Source: Hypanus sabinus (lineage: Eukaryota). From it: 64,000 nucleotides of DNA. The notes under the pieces are model-generated. The model was not told the DNA's origin, ran no database searches, and was given only the letters and a program-made list of their open reading frames with translations. Made by a program: the position numbers and the translations under genes. Numbering within the stretch: the stretch's first letter is position 1; each line of letters begins with the position of its first letter. Positions 38,002-50,938 of this stretch are shown here, piece after piece. The DNA lies in assembly GCF_030144855.1 (NCBI RefSeq), contig NC_082731.1:9858001-9922000 (forward strand). Direction: 5' to 3'.

Positions 38002-38692
38002 AGGCCAAGTTCCAGTAAATATCGTATAGTGTCAGGAGCTTAGTTTAGAGAAGATAAATATATTTTTAAAACATAAATGTGTTAGAAGCAGTGGATGGTC
38101 GGGAATGAGACGAAATACATTTGTGTATGCAGATTATTGCAATGTCATGGTCTAAAGCTGCAGCCAAAAGCGAATAATATAAGTTTGCATTTAGAAGAGT
38201 AAAACACGCAAGTTGAAAGCATGCTGCAACTACATAAAGCACAGCCAGCCAATGGAAAGGGATGTCACGTGTATGTACTGAATTCTGTCTTTTCTTTGCT
38301 CTGTGGGTTGTGATTAGGGGGCAACTGCTCGGTATATGTTAGGAATGAGAGTTAAATATTGTCCTTCGCCTGAAGGCGCTTAACAGCGCTCTCCTAAATT
38401 AAATCTCGCTTTCATGAACTTGAGAAAGGGATTTCTCCGTCTGGTTTGTGTTATCTAAAACCCAGATCAAGTGGATACATGATCAGTTATTTAAAATATA
38501 TATCAAGTAGAATTGACAAGGACGACACAGAACTAATGCCAGTACACTTTAAGGAATGCACTGAACGAATATAACATTGAAACCTGAAGCTGAGAACAGT
38601 CTGATGAACAAGTGCATCAAGGGAAGTGGGTCATTTGGCTTTCTACTAAGAAAACATATAAAATCCAGTAAATCTCTAATCTGTCGTTTCAG

Positions 38693-38850
38693 CAATCTGT
38701 GTAACCCTGGAAGACTTAGACGACTATTCAGGCGATGAAGAGGGATTAGGAAAACTGGATGAAGATGTTAATTCTTCTTCAGCGCTCATCACCTTTGTGA
38801 TCCTCTTTATGACGAGTATGATGTACAGCGCATTTACTACGACTGTTAAG
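38693..38850 (+). CDS. IgNAR: IgNAR TM1 exon (spacer plus transmembrane helix)
   Basis: (A)ICVTLEDLDDYSGDEEGLGKLDEDVNSSSALITFVILFMTSMMYSAFTTTVK. Has the conserved antigen-receptor TM motif TF..LF..S..YS...T; phase 1 to phase 0. Confidence 0.93.
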
Positions 38851-41800
38851 GTAGTAACGCGTTTCAATTGTCCAATAGTCTATGCAAATCCATTAACATG
38901 TTTGGGGTATATTTCACATTTCAAGTTTTTAAACTATCAGTCTAACAGAAAATTAATTCATGTTTCTCCCAATGTGTGGTTGGGTTTCGGGAAGCTTCGA
39001 TGGGCTTAAAGTGCATACCGAATATCTCTTATGAACATGACGTCCGTGCATAAAAGAATTATAAGACCATGCACAAAGATTATAACTAAAGGAAGGAATT
39101 ACTGACAATGCCAGTCAAGAAAATGCGATAAATAAAAAGAGAAGAAAACTCTTAGATTAGAGAGACAGAGTGTGTGTGTATCTGTGTGTGTGTGCACGCA
39201 CACGTTTGTTTGAGACAAAGGCGCAGAGAGAGACCAAGAGCTGTAAACGAGACGAGAACTCGGCGATAAAAGTATTCATTTATGCTTAAACCTGATCGAG
39301 GTGATGAAACGAGGGGCAAATTGATTAGGAAGAGATGCGGTATTTCTCGGTTAGGAATTTGATGGGAAAACAGTAATTTTCCAGCAGGTTATCAGAGCGT
39401 CCAATTTCAGGAAGAGTAAATGTAATTAGAAAGTTGACTGGTGGGTCTACTGAATTAGTATTTAGCAAATATCAATGAGTTATGCTAATCAACACAGGAG
39501 ACGTTTATAAGATTGACAACAGACCAATGAATAAAATGTGATAGTCAATATTATAATGAAATGTCCATAGAATTCTGTTCATATACAGAGTTATAACAAA
39601 CAAAAACATAGTGATGGTAAAAATAGATGTGAATTTGTTGCATAGAAACAGAGGACAGGCGATTGGATTCTCGAGTTGTTTTTGCACATCATAATATAAT
39701 TCTTGAATTATACAAAGCTTACACGACTAATATAAATCAAACATGTTCACTTTTGAAATATTCACCCACAGCAGTAATAGCTTCCTTGCCGAAAATATTC
39801 TATGTGAATCTCAGTGCCAGAGGCCTAGGAATATTGTTTTAGGGCATTCCCACTTGGTTGCAGCAGTTTCATCTAGAGGAAATAAGTTACGTTTTCTTAA
39901 CCTTCAAAAGTGCGGAGAATTATGAGAGAATCACAGGATATACTCAATAGTTGATGTATCTGTGGGAATAAAAATACCGTTAACAATTGAGGTTGAAACC
40001 CTTTCTTCAGAACTTGCGAGGAGACAAAGAATCTTGTAAAGTACAATGTTTCTGACAGTGACAGGATAAAACCAGGATGAACCACGGTGATAAGATATAA
40101 ACAAGGTTGTCTGATCTAAGAATTAATGAGAACTCTTCGAGAATTAGAACGCAAATAGAGGCACACAGACATAGAAATGGGTCAGAAAAACTGCAGAAGC
40201 TGGCAATCGGGCAGAGAGACATACTATTGGAGACATTCGCCGGGTCATGCAAGATTGTAAGCGGAACGTTTCGGAAGGTGACCCGGTGTATCAGAACTGA
40301 AGTGAAGAAAGAATGTAGTCTCTATAAAGTGGAGAGCAGAAAGTTGGCCCAAAAGGCTGGAGGTAAAAATCTTACCTAGCCGAGGTGACAGACACGGGCA
40401 GAAGCAGGTAAATGTGAGAAGGAAGAGAATCTGTTGAAATGTGATAGGTGGAGACAGAGAAAGATAAAGCAAACAATCGGCCAGCTGAATCCAAGCGAGG
40501 AGGCGAGGATAAATGTGAACAAGGATGGGTGGTGATATGCGGGGATAAAAGTTCTACACCAACTGGAATCAGACAACTAAGGGGCATAATTAAGGGGAAA
40601 ATAATGTATGAGGTATAAAATGTTTAGCAGGGTGACAATCACAGCACGTTGGTCTGAGAATGTTCTTTACTCAAAGCGAAATAATTTGAGAAAGAGGATA
40701 GCTGGGTCAATAATACCAACCAATTACTAATACTCTGTACACAGATAAATCAAGTCATGTAAATTTGTAGAATTCATTACTCTGGGAATTAAAAGTATAG
40801 AGTCTTATATCGGTGGTGGGCAAACGAATAGAGAGGGTTGTCACAGACAGCTTTTACGGGCTTTTAGCGAAATGCCTTTGTGTGGCTCAGGCAGTGCCTC
40901 GCGAGCGTTATTAACTGTTTAGAGGACGTGAAAAAATAATCATTAAAGATCGAGCAGCAGATGTGATGAATATGCGTTTCCGTAAAGCACTTGTCAAGGT
41001 TGCCCGTAGTAGGCTCAATAAGACTGTCAGGATTGAGGCGATCCTGAGACAGTTGCTATATAAGTTGGAACTGGTTTGCCCACAGAAACAGAACTGTGGC
41101 AGTAAATGGAGCGCATTCCGACTGGAGTTCCGTGAGTAGTGTTATTCCGCGGGGAAATGTTATGGTATCCCTGGTCTTTGGAGTTTTTACAAATGAATAA
41201 GTGGAAGGGCATTTTAGTCAGCTTGCGGATGACGCGGTTTGGTGGCTTTGCGGATATTGTAGAAAGTTTTCATATGTTGCAATCGGATTATAACAGTATC
41301 CCTAATATCCCTAATAGTCAGTATCCTAGAGTCAGTATCCCTAATATCAATATACTTCATTTTGTGTGTGTTTCTCTCTGTTGTAGGGCACTCATGCGTG
41401 GAAATTTTCACAATCTTCATCTTTATCATGCACAATACGATTTTACTTGCTTCAAAATATCAGCGTACATGATTCCAAACTCCATATGTGTAATTGCAAT
41501 CCATTCAATTTTTCCTTGTGAGGCAAGTTATTCATTCCAATGAATAAACTACTAAAACTTTACCGTATTTTCAGTGCAAACAAAAAAGTTGCCCTTCATT
41601 ATGCAGACCAGAAACGTGGGCATTATTCAAAGAGTGCCTTCGGACGCACGTTATACATTTAGACATCTATTTATTGTGCAATGATGCCGAGTGCTCCATA
41701 ACACATCTTGATTACTTGCAGCCTTGTTTGGAAATATTCCTCCTTTTACGTCTGACGACACAACAGTTCAGAACCTACCAAAGAAGAATTCATTCTTTGT

Positions 41801-42208
41801 GTTTAACGCAGTTGGTGGTTCTTCTTCATGAAAATAATATGAAAAGTTGTGAACAGTGTACTTTGGAGTAGTAGTTCATTGAGAGGTTTTGAAGAAAAAA
41901 TGCCCAGTCACAGACATTGCACAATGCGGCACCAGGTGTCAGACGAAGTAGCGAACAGTAAAATGCACCAGCTCCTTCAGATCTGACATATGACGGATCT
42001 GATGCTGATTGGAAACGTAAAGACCCAACGAGCCCATCGACCAATGTTTTTCCTGTAAAAAATAGCTGATAACGAATCTAAAAATTTACAAGGAATTTAT
42101 TAAAACATTTTATTTTCTTACTGTACTCTTGTGATCCATTCAGTCGGTTTGACTGTTTGCCTCTCTCATCTGCTCACTGGATTCTCTCTTCGTGTTCTAT
42201 CTTTTCAG

Positions 42209-42217
42209 GTGAAGTAG
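42209..42217 (+). CDS. IgNAR: IgNAR TM2 exon (VK*), giving the KVK cytoplasmic tail
   Basis: Strong acceptor CTCTCTTCGTGTTCTATCTTTTCAG|GTG AAG TAG. Phase 0 matches TM1; KVK is the canonical membrane-Ig tail. Confidence 0.85.
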   Translation: MK

Positions 42218-42795
42218 AGAATGTTGAAACAGACGCAGCTGCAGCTTTTGTTTTAATGGACCCGAAGCCAAATAATGGCATCCGACGAATGGTGATGGTC
42301 CTGATGAAGGTCGCGCCCGTAATGACGATAGTTATGCCGCTCCATTTCCAGTATCTGCCAAATCTCTTGTTAGATGATAACAACAGACTGCTGCCTTTAT
42401 AATACTCTTAGTACTGTGTGTGTGAATTTATAATTTTGTTTCTGTATATCCTATCAGTTTCATTCTGATTTCTGCTATGTCAATGACTGGTTTTGGCTGG
42501 AATTTCACAAAACAGTTGCCAAACAATTAAATACAATGTTTATTCCTCTGAATGATGTAAAACAAACTGGATTGAAATAATTGTCCAGCAGTGAAAGATT
42601 GGAATCTACCACAAATGTGAAAGAGTTAAATGCACCTTGCAATCTGGTATTCCAATTCCGTGCTTGAACAAAACTATCAGTTTAGTTTGACCTTATGAGC
42701 GGCGCCCTCCCCTACTATCCATATTCACTGGCAAAGAAAACTTAGGAGTTGTTTCGAATTGACTCTTCGTAACTTCTCCGTTGCATGCATTTCAA

Positions 42796-42801
42796 AATAA
42801 A
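42796..42801 (+). terminator. Candidate poly(A) signal for membrane mRNA (alternative ATTAAA at 42526-42531)
   Basis: AATAAA about 580 nt after the TM2 stop. Confidence 0.4.
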
Positions 42802-43244
42802 GGTTATACTCAAGGCTCTGCACTGAGAAAAGGCAAAGGATTAAGTAAACTATAGTTCTCTGTGTCCAGCAGTTTAATCAGTTACTTTCCTTTATAAAAG
42901 AAACATCAGGTTGGAGTGTGCCACGTGCAAATATGATACTGATATTGCACGAATAACAAAACTTAAAGGAGATCTATTGGATTTTGGAAGTAATTGCATT
43001 GTTCCATTTAAGTGATTCTCTCATTCTGGAATTCTACAAAGGAATATACTGATTACTACGTCTGTTTATGCTTATTGATACTTTGCCACGCTGTGTGCCG
43101 CAGTTCCGAATAATTTCCAAAGCTTTTCTGATTCTGATGCTTGGGATGGTGCCCAATCACATAATTTGTATTCAAGACCTCAAATGTAACAAACAAATGA
43201 ACACTTACCTGCCAATCTGTTCCCTCTAGTGTTCCAACCACCGT

Positions 43245-43540
43245 CCCATTCTTCTAAGGCATTCTGCCCTCTCCTATCAGATTCCCCCTTATTCAGCCCT
43301 TTATCTCTTTCACCAATCAACTTCCCAGTTATTTACTCGCATCCTTACCCCTCCCGGTGTCTCCTTTCACCAGACATTTTATAGTTCTTCTTTCCCTCCT
43401 CTCAGCCTCTTTTTCTAACTTCTCCCCTTCCTTTCCAGTGCTAATAAATGGTCTCAGCCCGAAATATCGACTGTTCACTTCTTTCCATCGATGTTGCAAG
43501 GCCTACTGAGTTCTGCCAGCAGTTTGTGTGCGTTGCAACC
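43245..43540 (+). mobile_element. Penelope-like terminal repeat with decayed hammerhead core (43441-43473)
   Basis: Pyrimidine-rich pLTR-type sequence, then CAGTG-CTAATAA-ATGGTCTCAGCCC-GAAAT-ATC-GACTG, then the GATG.TGC..GGCCT.CTGAGTTCT.CCAGCA tail. Confidence 0.6.
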
Positions 43541-44677
43541 AAATGAACATGCTGTGCTCCAAAGTACAACCAGCCTTACTTTTTCCTACATGAGAACTAA
43601 ATACTTCACATGATTGTGAAGAAGTTGTTCATTGCAGAAAACTTTGAATATTAATGTAAATACAATACAGATTGTATTCTACAAACCTTTAGAATAAATA
43701 CACGAGACGTACGGTGCTTTTATAGAGCGTGAACGTTTGATGGAAAACACGCAAAATCTTTTCTGGTTCTAGATATTACATGATGGAAGACTGAGATCAC
43801 TGAATTTTCATGCAAATGTTACGGCCGAGGTATACACCTGCCAAGATCCGTAATGCGTGTATTGGTAAGCATATAATTACACTATCAGAGAGAATGGCAA
43901 TAGAAAGAATCGCACCATGTTCTCAGCCATAAACAAAAGCTGCCCTGTTGCTTTTCCATCGCAGTCAGCAATCACGGAGTGGCCAGAATTATGGCATTCA
44001 CTGAGGGCACACAACTGCATTACCGCAGCTCGGACGGTACCTGACTGCTCGCATTGGAAGAACAGTGTAGCTGTAAATGTATGCATTACTCGGTTCTTCA
44101 TTTACACTGGTAGCCCAATTTGTCTTTGAAATTTTCCGCATTTCTAACGGAAATAAGGCTACCTTGAGATTCATCAATTAATTATCCGTGAGAGGAGACA
44201 CAGCGCGGGCCCTTGATATGTAGCAATCAGAACACTCGATAGAGAACACATACTCCCGCCAAAGCAACAGGAGTCAGGATCACAATCTTTCATCCTCACA
44301 GGAATCCAAAATCTGATATTACTGGCCGTCAAGGCAAAAGTTACGTTCAGTCATCGAGACCATAAAATCACGAGGAAAATATATGATCTCATCAACAGAT
44401 TATATGCTTATCGCAGTTTTGACTGCTACTATTTGTTTCTTATTTGTGTCATGTTATTGTCAGAATGCCAAACAACAGATTTCTGTAAACTGCCAATTGA
44501 CCGCTTTTTTAACCACTGAAAATTCCGGTCTAAAATTCCTATGCCTACGAATACTTTTTTCAAAAATACTGTATCTATTTCAATGCTACACTGACTACTG
44601 ATAAAACCGAACCACAATGCTAATTAAATCCGCACGATGAGTAAAGGAAATAATCCTACATTAATAATTTAAATCAA

Positions 44678-44770
44678 AACACAATATGCTGGCAGAACTC
44701 AGCAGGACAGACAGCATCTATGGCAGGAGGTACCGACGACGTTTCGGGCCGAAACCCTTCATCAGGAGAG
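44678..44770 (-). mobile_element. Short Penelope-derived terminal fragment with intact hammerhead core (44738-44765)
   Basis: Minus strand: CTGATGA-AGGGTTTCGGCCC-GAAAC-GTC. Confidence 0.65.
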
Positions 44771-45109
44771 ATTTAAATCAAAATGTTTGCTTATCGTTGT
44801 CGATGAAATGTAATCAGTAGTTTTCCAAACAAATGTTTTAAATGTATTAGAAAATCTAAATAAATTTTAACCATACTTAAATTAAAGTGAACGAGCACCA
44901 CTTCGGAACTAATTAATGGGAATAACCTAGGGGCACACTTTGAGAGAAGGTAGAGCCGTCTGATGTGATGTCCTTTGGAAATTGAAGAAGAAAAACTCAA
45001 TTTATTAAAGAAGAGAGACGCGTAGCAAGTCAAATACAGCTCCTCCTCGTTTAACGAAGGACACTTGATGACAACATTTCTGGTTGATCTGCCACACTTC
45101 AAGAATACT

Positions 45110-45500
45110 CTAACGTTTTAGTTTCTCCTCTGTCTCTTCTTCTGTCTTCCTTCTCTGCCTGTTTTTGTCATTCTGGAGACGGGCAGCCCTTTCGTCCTTC
45201 GTCTCTTCATCTCTTCTACCATTTGTTCTTTCACTCTGATCCTGGATTCGTGCGGCCCGGCCTGACCGATTCTTGTTTTCTCCTCCTTCTGTGCTTATTG
45301 TTGTCATTTTGCGGACGTGCATACCTCTCCTCCTCTGTCTCTTCTCTCCTTTTTTTTGTCCTGACTTTTTGATCCTGGAGTCATGCGGCCCTGGCTTGAG
45401 TCTTGTTCCCTCCCTCTCCTTGCGCTTCCCGACGACGTTTGGCGTCATCTCTTGACCATAATGTCTCCCCTCTCTTTCCACGCTGCATAATTAGGCTGTC
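45110..45500 (-). mobile_element. Helitron-like N-terminal charged-repeat fragment
   Basis: Two tandem units RAA(*/R)(L/I)QDQ..RT..RR.EET..ER.AR.QND..R.RR resemble the R/E-rich repeats preceding Helitron Rep. No Rep or helicase motif seen. Confidence 0.4.
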
Positions 45501-46139
45501 CATATTTTTTACCCTCATGCTTGATAGAAGATACGAAGCAGCAACACCAAAGCCTCCAGGATGCTGATTTTACTTGATGGTGTGGTTGGCGCTCTCCTCA
45601 ATGGACGTGATTGCCCTGCCCTTTTGCTGCGGTTGGTGTCGCTGCTGTGAGCATCGTGAGGCGCTACTAAGGTTGGCCGTTCGCATGCGTCGTGGTGTCG
45701 TGTCCCGGTTTCCAGTAAAGCTGGAATCTGCTCGGGTTGACGACTGAATAATTTTATACGAATATGTAACCCTGAACTTTGCATGCATTCAGTAGGTTAA
45801 GTCGATTTAGTCAAAAACGTGCCGCAGTAATGCACCGTTTGGGCTTATTGGAGCTCACAAACAGACAAACAGAGCAAGAAAATTTTAGTAGCATATAGAT
45901 ATAAACTGCTGTTGCGATGCGCTTCGTAATATACTATTTGATATTTGAAGACATTCATCAAAATGATGGCTTTCTCATTGAAGCTATTATCAAATACTGC
46001 CGTATGAAAGTCAGGGTTAAAGTAATTTCTGTCACAAAAACATAACATGAGCGAACGAAGTGAAGTTTAGAAAGCTCGTGCAGTGGTTCGGTCACAACAA
46101 GATGTGGTGCAGTTTTTGTCACGAAACTTTGATGGATTT

Positions 46140-47070
46140 CTGAGGGGGAAATCGCGCCTCACGAGCATGTTTGAAGGTTATGACAAAATGATGAAGGTAG
46201 AGAAGTGCATGTGTTGTATATGGATTTTAAAAATGTATTTGACAAGATTCCTCAAGGCAGGGTTTTCCAGACAGACGTGAAGCATGAGGTCCATGGAGGC
46301 TTAGCTGCACGAAATAAATTTGGCTTTCCCGTAGATGTCAGAGCGTGGTGGAACATGGAGGGTAATCTCCCTGGAGGATGGTGACGAGTGGTGTTCCGCA
46401 GGGATTGTTCTGTGACACCAACTTTTTGTGTTTTATTTTAAATGACTTCGATGAGGATGTGGAAGGGTGAGTTAGTAAGTTTGCAGATGACACAAACGTT
46501 GGCGGTGTTGTGATCAGAGGCAATAACGAGATACAGGCAGAGTGCAGAGCTGGCAGGAAAAATGGCAGATGGTCGTTGAACTGAGGATTTTGGTCAGGAG
46601 TTGCGAACTACTATTGGATCTCTATAAATCTCTGGACATACCGCACTTACAGATTCCACATCTTTCGTATAATAAAGCAAGTTCAGATCTGCTTGCTTCA
46701 GGAAAGGAAGAATTTGGAAGCTTCAGTGTGGGTGCAGAGGAAATTTATCAGAATCCGGCCTGGATTGGAGAGCATGCATTATGAAGAGAGATTGTGCGAT
46801 ATAGGGCTTTCTCTTTGGAGCAAAGGCGTTTCCGGGTACGAGAAGCATAGAGAGCTCTATTTCTCAGCGAGGCAATGGCCTGTAAAAGAGGATATATTGA
46901 AGCAGAGTGGAGTAAAGTTTCGGAGAGATGTGAGAGATTGTTTTGATGTTTACTTTGAGATTGATTGTTTCCTGGAAGGTTCTGCCTGAGATGGTGGTCA
47001 AGAGGAACATTTATAAAACAGGAACATTTAGAGACTCTTAGATCGGCACATTCGGTGGATTACGGTTAAA
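46140..47070 (+). mobile_element. Degenerate CR1 3' fragments
   Basis: WRMVTSGVPQG, KFADDTNVGG and WQEKWQM remnants. Confidence 0.7.
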
Positions 47071-48029
47071 TGGGCCATTGGTTAATCAGGACAGCAGCTT
47101 ATTTGGGACAATTCTGAAGGAACAAAATGTATTCGAAAGAAAACTGCCCCGATTCCCTTCATTTACCTGGCACACTATGTAAGTTAATTTAGCCACGACA
47201 CTGTTGCCAAACTTTCTAACTAGCGTCAGTAGCGTAAACTTGTGTGGCGAACATTGTCCTTAGACTGAACAGTTTTTATTAGCGTCTGTTGTGTGTGTTT
47301 CTGTGCATGAAACAGTGCTTTCTGTCACTGTTAGCTGGTCAGAAGTAAGCAGGAAAACAATTCGGAAATGCTTTGCTCACTGCGAGTGAAAATGAAACGA
47401 TTTGTCTAATTCAACAATTCGACAATACGAAGAATTTGAAGGCTTCGACAATTATCTTGAATGCTTTGAGCATGCAATCGTCGATGTGCCTGCGGTATTA
47501 TGTTCACAGTAAATCAAATGAACAGGGCAGCATACACTTTGATGAACTCCTACGATTATATCCATTAGGAAATAAAATTTTATAGTACTGTAGTAGTATT
47601 AATAATGCTCTAATTTGTTATGTATTCCATTTAAATAATTTGTTATTCATTTAAGCCGTAGTTTGTCTTTTCTTATATGTTTTAAAGTATTTCCACAAAA
47701 CTTCCCCAGTTTGGCCACTCAATTGGACCAAACTGTACTGGTCCCGAAATGTCCGAAATAAGTGGAATCTACTGTCCACGTAAGTAAATGAAGGGTTATG
47801 GACTTGATCGTGCAGAAGATTTATATAGATCGGCACAACGTTTGGGCCAAGGGCTGCACAATCTGTGTCTATGTTCTACGTTCAGTGTGCTACTCAAAAT
47901 CGGAATCAATTTATACTGAAACTCATCAGGAGATATTTACATAAACAAGAGCAATGGGTAGTTTTTTTTTTAAAGATGGCGGCCATGTTAAGAAACCGTA
48001 ACGTTCTGTGAAGGAATTCGAGTGTCCCG

Positions 48030-50118
48030 ACATTTAAAAGAACTTGCGGGTGTGAAGTGGGATGATGTTTTTGCAGGTAAATGTACTATGGACATGTGGT
48101 CGATGTTTAAGGATCTCTTGAAGGATGTTATGGATAAATTTGCCCCGGTGAGGAAGATAAAGAATGGTAGTGTGAAGGAAGCATGGGTGACAAGTGAAGT
48201 GGAAAATCTAGTCAGGTGGAAGAAGGCAGCATACATGAGGTTCAGGAAGCAAGGATCAGATGGGTCTATTGAGGAATATAGGGTGGTAAGAAAGGAGATT
48301 AAGAAGGGGCTGAGAAGAACAAGAGGGGGGCATGAGAAGGTCTTGGCGAGTAGGGTAAAGTAAAACCCCAAGGCATTCTTCAATTATGTGAAGGACAAAA
48401 GGCTGACAGGAGTGAAGTTAAGACCGATTAGAGATAAAAGTAGGAAGATGTGCCTGGAGGCTTTGGAAGTGAGCGAGGTCCTCAATGGTATTCACTTCTC
48501 TTCGGTATTCACCACTGAGAGGGAACCTGATGACGGGGAGGACAACGTGAGTGAGGTTGATATTCTGGAACATGTTGATATCAAGGGAGAGGAGGTGTTG
48601 GAGTTGTTAAAATACATTAGGACGGATAAGTCCCGGGGCCTGACGGAATATTCCCCGGGCTGCTCGACGAGGCAAGGGAAGAATTTCTGAACCTCTGGCT
48701 AGGATCTTTGTGTCCTCATTGTCCACGGGAATGGTACCGGAGGATTGGAGCGAGGCAAATGTTGTCCCCTTGTTCAAAAATTGTAGTAAGGGTAGTCCAG
48801 GTAATTATAGACCAGTGAGCCATACGTCAGTGCTGGGAAAGCTGTTGGAAAAGATTCTTAGAGATAGGATCTCTGGGCATTTAGAGAATCATGGTCTGAT
48901 CAGTCAGCATGGCTTTGTGAATGGCAGATCGTGCCTAACAAGCCTGATAGAGTTCTTTGAGGAGGTGACCAGGCAAATAGATGAGAGTAGTGTAGTGGAT
49001 GTGATCTACATGGATTTTAGTAAGGTATTTGATAAGATTCCACACGGTAGGCTTATTCAGAAAGTCAGAAGGCATGGGATCCAGGGAAGTTTGGCCAGGT
49101 GGATTCAGAATTGGCTTGCCTACAGAAGGCAGAGGGAGTACATTCAGATTGGAGGGTTGTGACCAGTGGTGCCCCACAAGGATCTGTTCTAGGACCTCTA
49201 CTTTTTGTGATTTTTATTAACGACCTAGATGTAGGGGTAGAATGGTGGGTTGGCAAGTTGCAGACGACACAAAGGTTGGTGGTGTTGTAGATAGTGTAGA
49301 GGATTGTCGAAGATTGCAGAGAGACATTGATAGGATGCAGAAGTGGGCTGACAAGTGGCAGATGGAGTTCAACCCGGAGAAGTGTGAGATGGTACACTTT
49401 GGAAGGACAAACTCCAAGGTAAATGGCAGGATATTTGGTAGTTTGGAGGAGCAGACAGATCTTGGGGTACATGTCCACAGATCCCTGAAAGTTTCCTCAT
49501 AGGTAGATAGGGTAGTTAAGAGAACTTATGGAGTGTTAGCTTTCATAAGTCGAGGGATAGAGTGTAAGAGACGCGATGTAATGATGCAGCTCTATAAAAC
49601 TCTAGTTAGGCCACACTTGAAGTACTGTGTCCATTTCTGGTCGCCTCAGTATAGGAAGGATGTGGAAGCATTGGAAAGAGTACAGAGGAGATTTACCAGG
49701 ATGCTGCCTGGTTTAGAGAGAATAGATTATGATCAGAGATTAAGGGAGCTAGTGCTTTACTCTTTCGAGAGAAGCAGGATGAGAGGAGACATGACAGAGG
49801 TGTACAAGAGTGGATAGCCAGCGCCTGTTCCCCAGGGCGCCACTGCTCAGTACAAGAGGACATGGCTTTAAGGTAAAGGGAGGTAAGTTCAAAAGGGACA
49901 TTTGAGGAAGGTTTTACACTCAGAGAGTGGTTGGTGCGTGGAATGCACTGCCTGAGTCAGTGACGGAGGTAGATACATTAGTGAAGTTTAAGAGACTACT
50001 AGACAAGTATATGGAGGAATTTTAAGGTAGGGGGTTATACGGGAGGCTGGGTTTGAGGGTCGGCACAACATTGTGGGTCGAAGGGCCTGTAATGTGCTGT
50101 ACTATTCTATGTTCTATG
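48030..50118 (+). mobile_element. CR1 ORF2 fragment, about 2.1 kb
   Basis: ORFs with VPEDWSEANVVPLFK, YMDFSKVFDKIPHGRLIQK, ADDTKVGG and LYKTLVRPHL; TTCTATG tail. Confidence 0.9.
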
Positions 50119-50809
50119 TTCTAAAAGCTAATTCTAACGTTACGAAGTATGGGGATGATCAATGGGAGATTATTGGGTTTGGGGACGTGATTTGGAGATG
50201 GACAGAGTCAGAGTTTACAGAGATAGGAAGGGGAAGATCGGAAAGAAATTTGAGAAGAGAGACGAGAATTTTAAATCTGACTGGGTTTCCAGGATAGGAC
50301 GAGTGATGTGGTAAATGTTCTGGAATGGGTCCGGTGAGCTTAAGGGTGATGCGCGGCAGACACGTGGTGTTTTCGTGGTTATGGAAGGCAGATGAAGGAA
50401 CATAAATGTAATATTTGTTTTCCAACAGTGCCGCCATTATGTACAAAACCTATAGGTCGTTCTTTCAACGTTCTTCTGTCAAGGGCATGCTTGATGACAA
50501 TGTTGGAAGCAATGTTATAGGTCCATGCTAACCAGTGAGTACATGTCCGTATTAATCACACCTTCCAGCACTCGGCTCAGAGCCCCAGAGGTCATTCCTG
50601 TGCTCCTCCAGATACATTTTAAATGCTGTCAACGACTCTGTTTCACCGCTCCATTTGGACACTGAATTCTAGGTAATCGACATTTCCTTAGAGAAAAATC
50701 TCTCCAATTCCCTCGAAACCCTTTTACCCTTTTACATTTTTTATCTTAAACGTGTTTTTTTTTTATTTTATATGCCTCCAATGTAGAGACAATTTAAACA
50801 TTAACCAAT

Positions 50810-50938
50810 NNNNNNNNNNNNNNNNNNNNNNNNNNNNNNNNNNNNNNNNNNNNNNNNNNNNNNNNNNNNNNNNNNNNNNNNNNNNNNNNNNNNNNNNNNN
50901 NNNNNNNNNNNNNNNNNNNNNNNNNNNNNNNNNNNNNN
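50810..50938. other. Assembly gap (N run)
   Basis: 129 N. Confidence 1.

Noticed and set aside
37522-38043. 173-aa ORF and overlapping ORFs at 36635-37706
   Set aside because: Low-complexity translations of GC-rich tandem repeats, open in several frames on both strands.
42157-42402. 81-aa + strand and 69-aa - strand ORFs
   Set aside because: The region is explained by the phase-0 TM2 exon (VK*) and its 3' UTR; the long frames do not match the TM1 phase and have no recognisable motifs.
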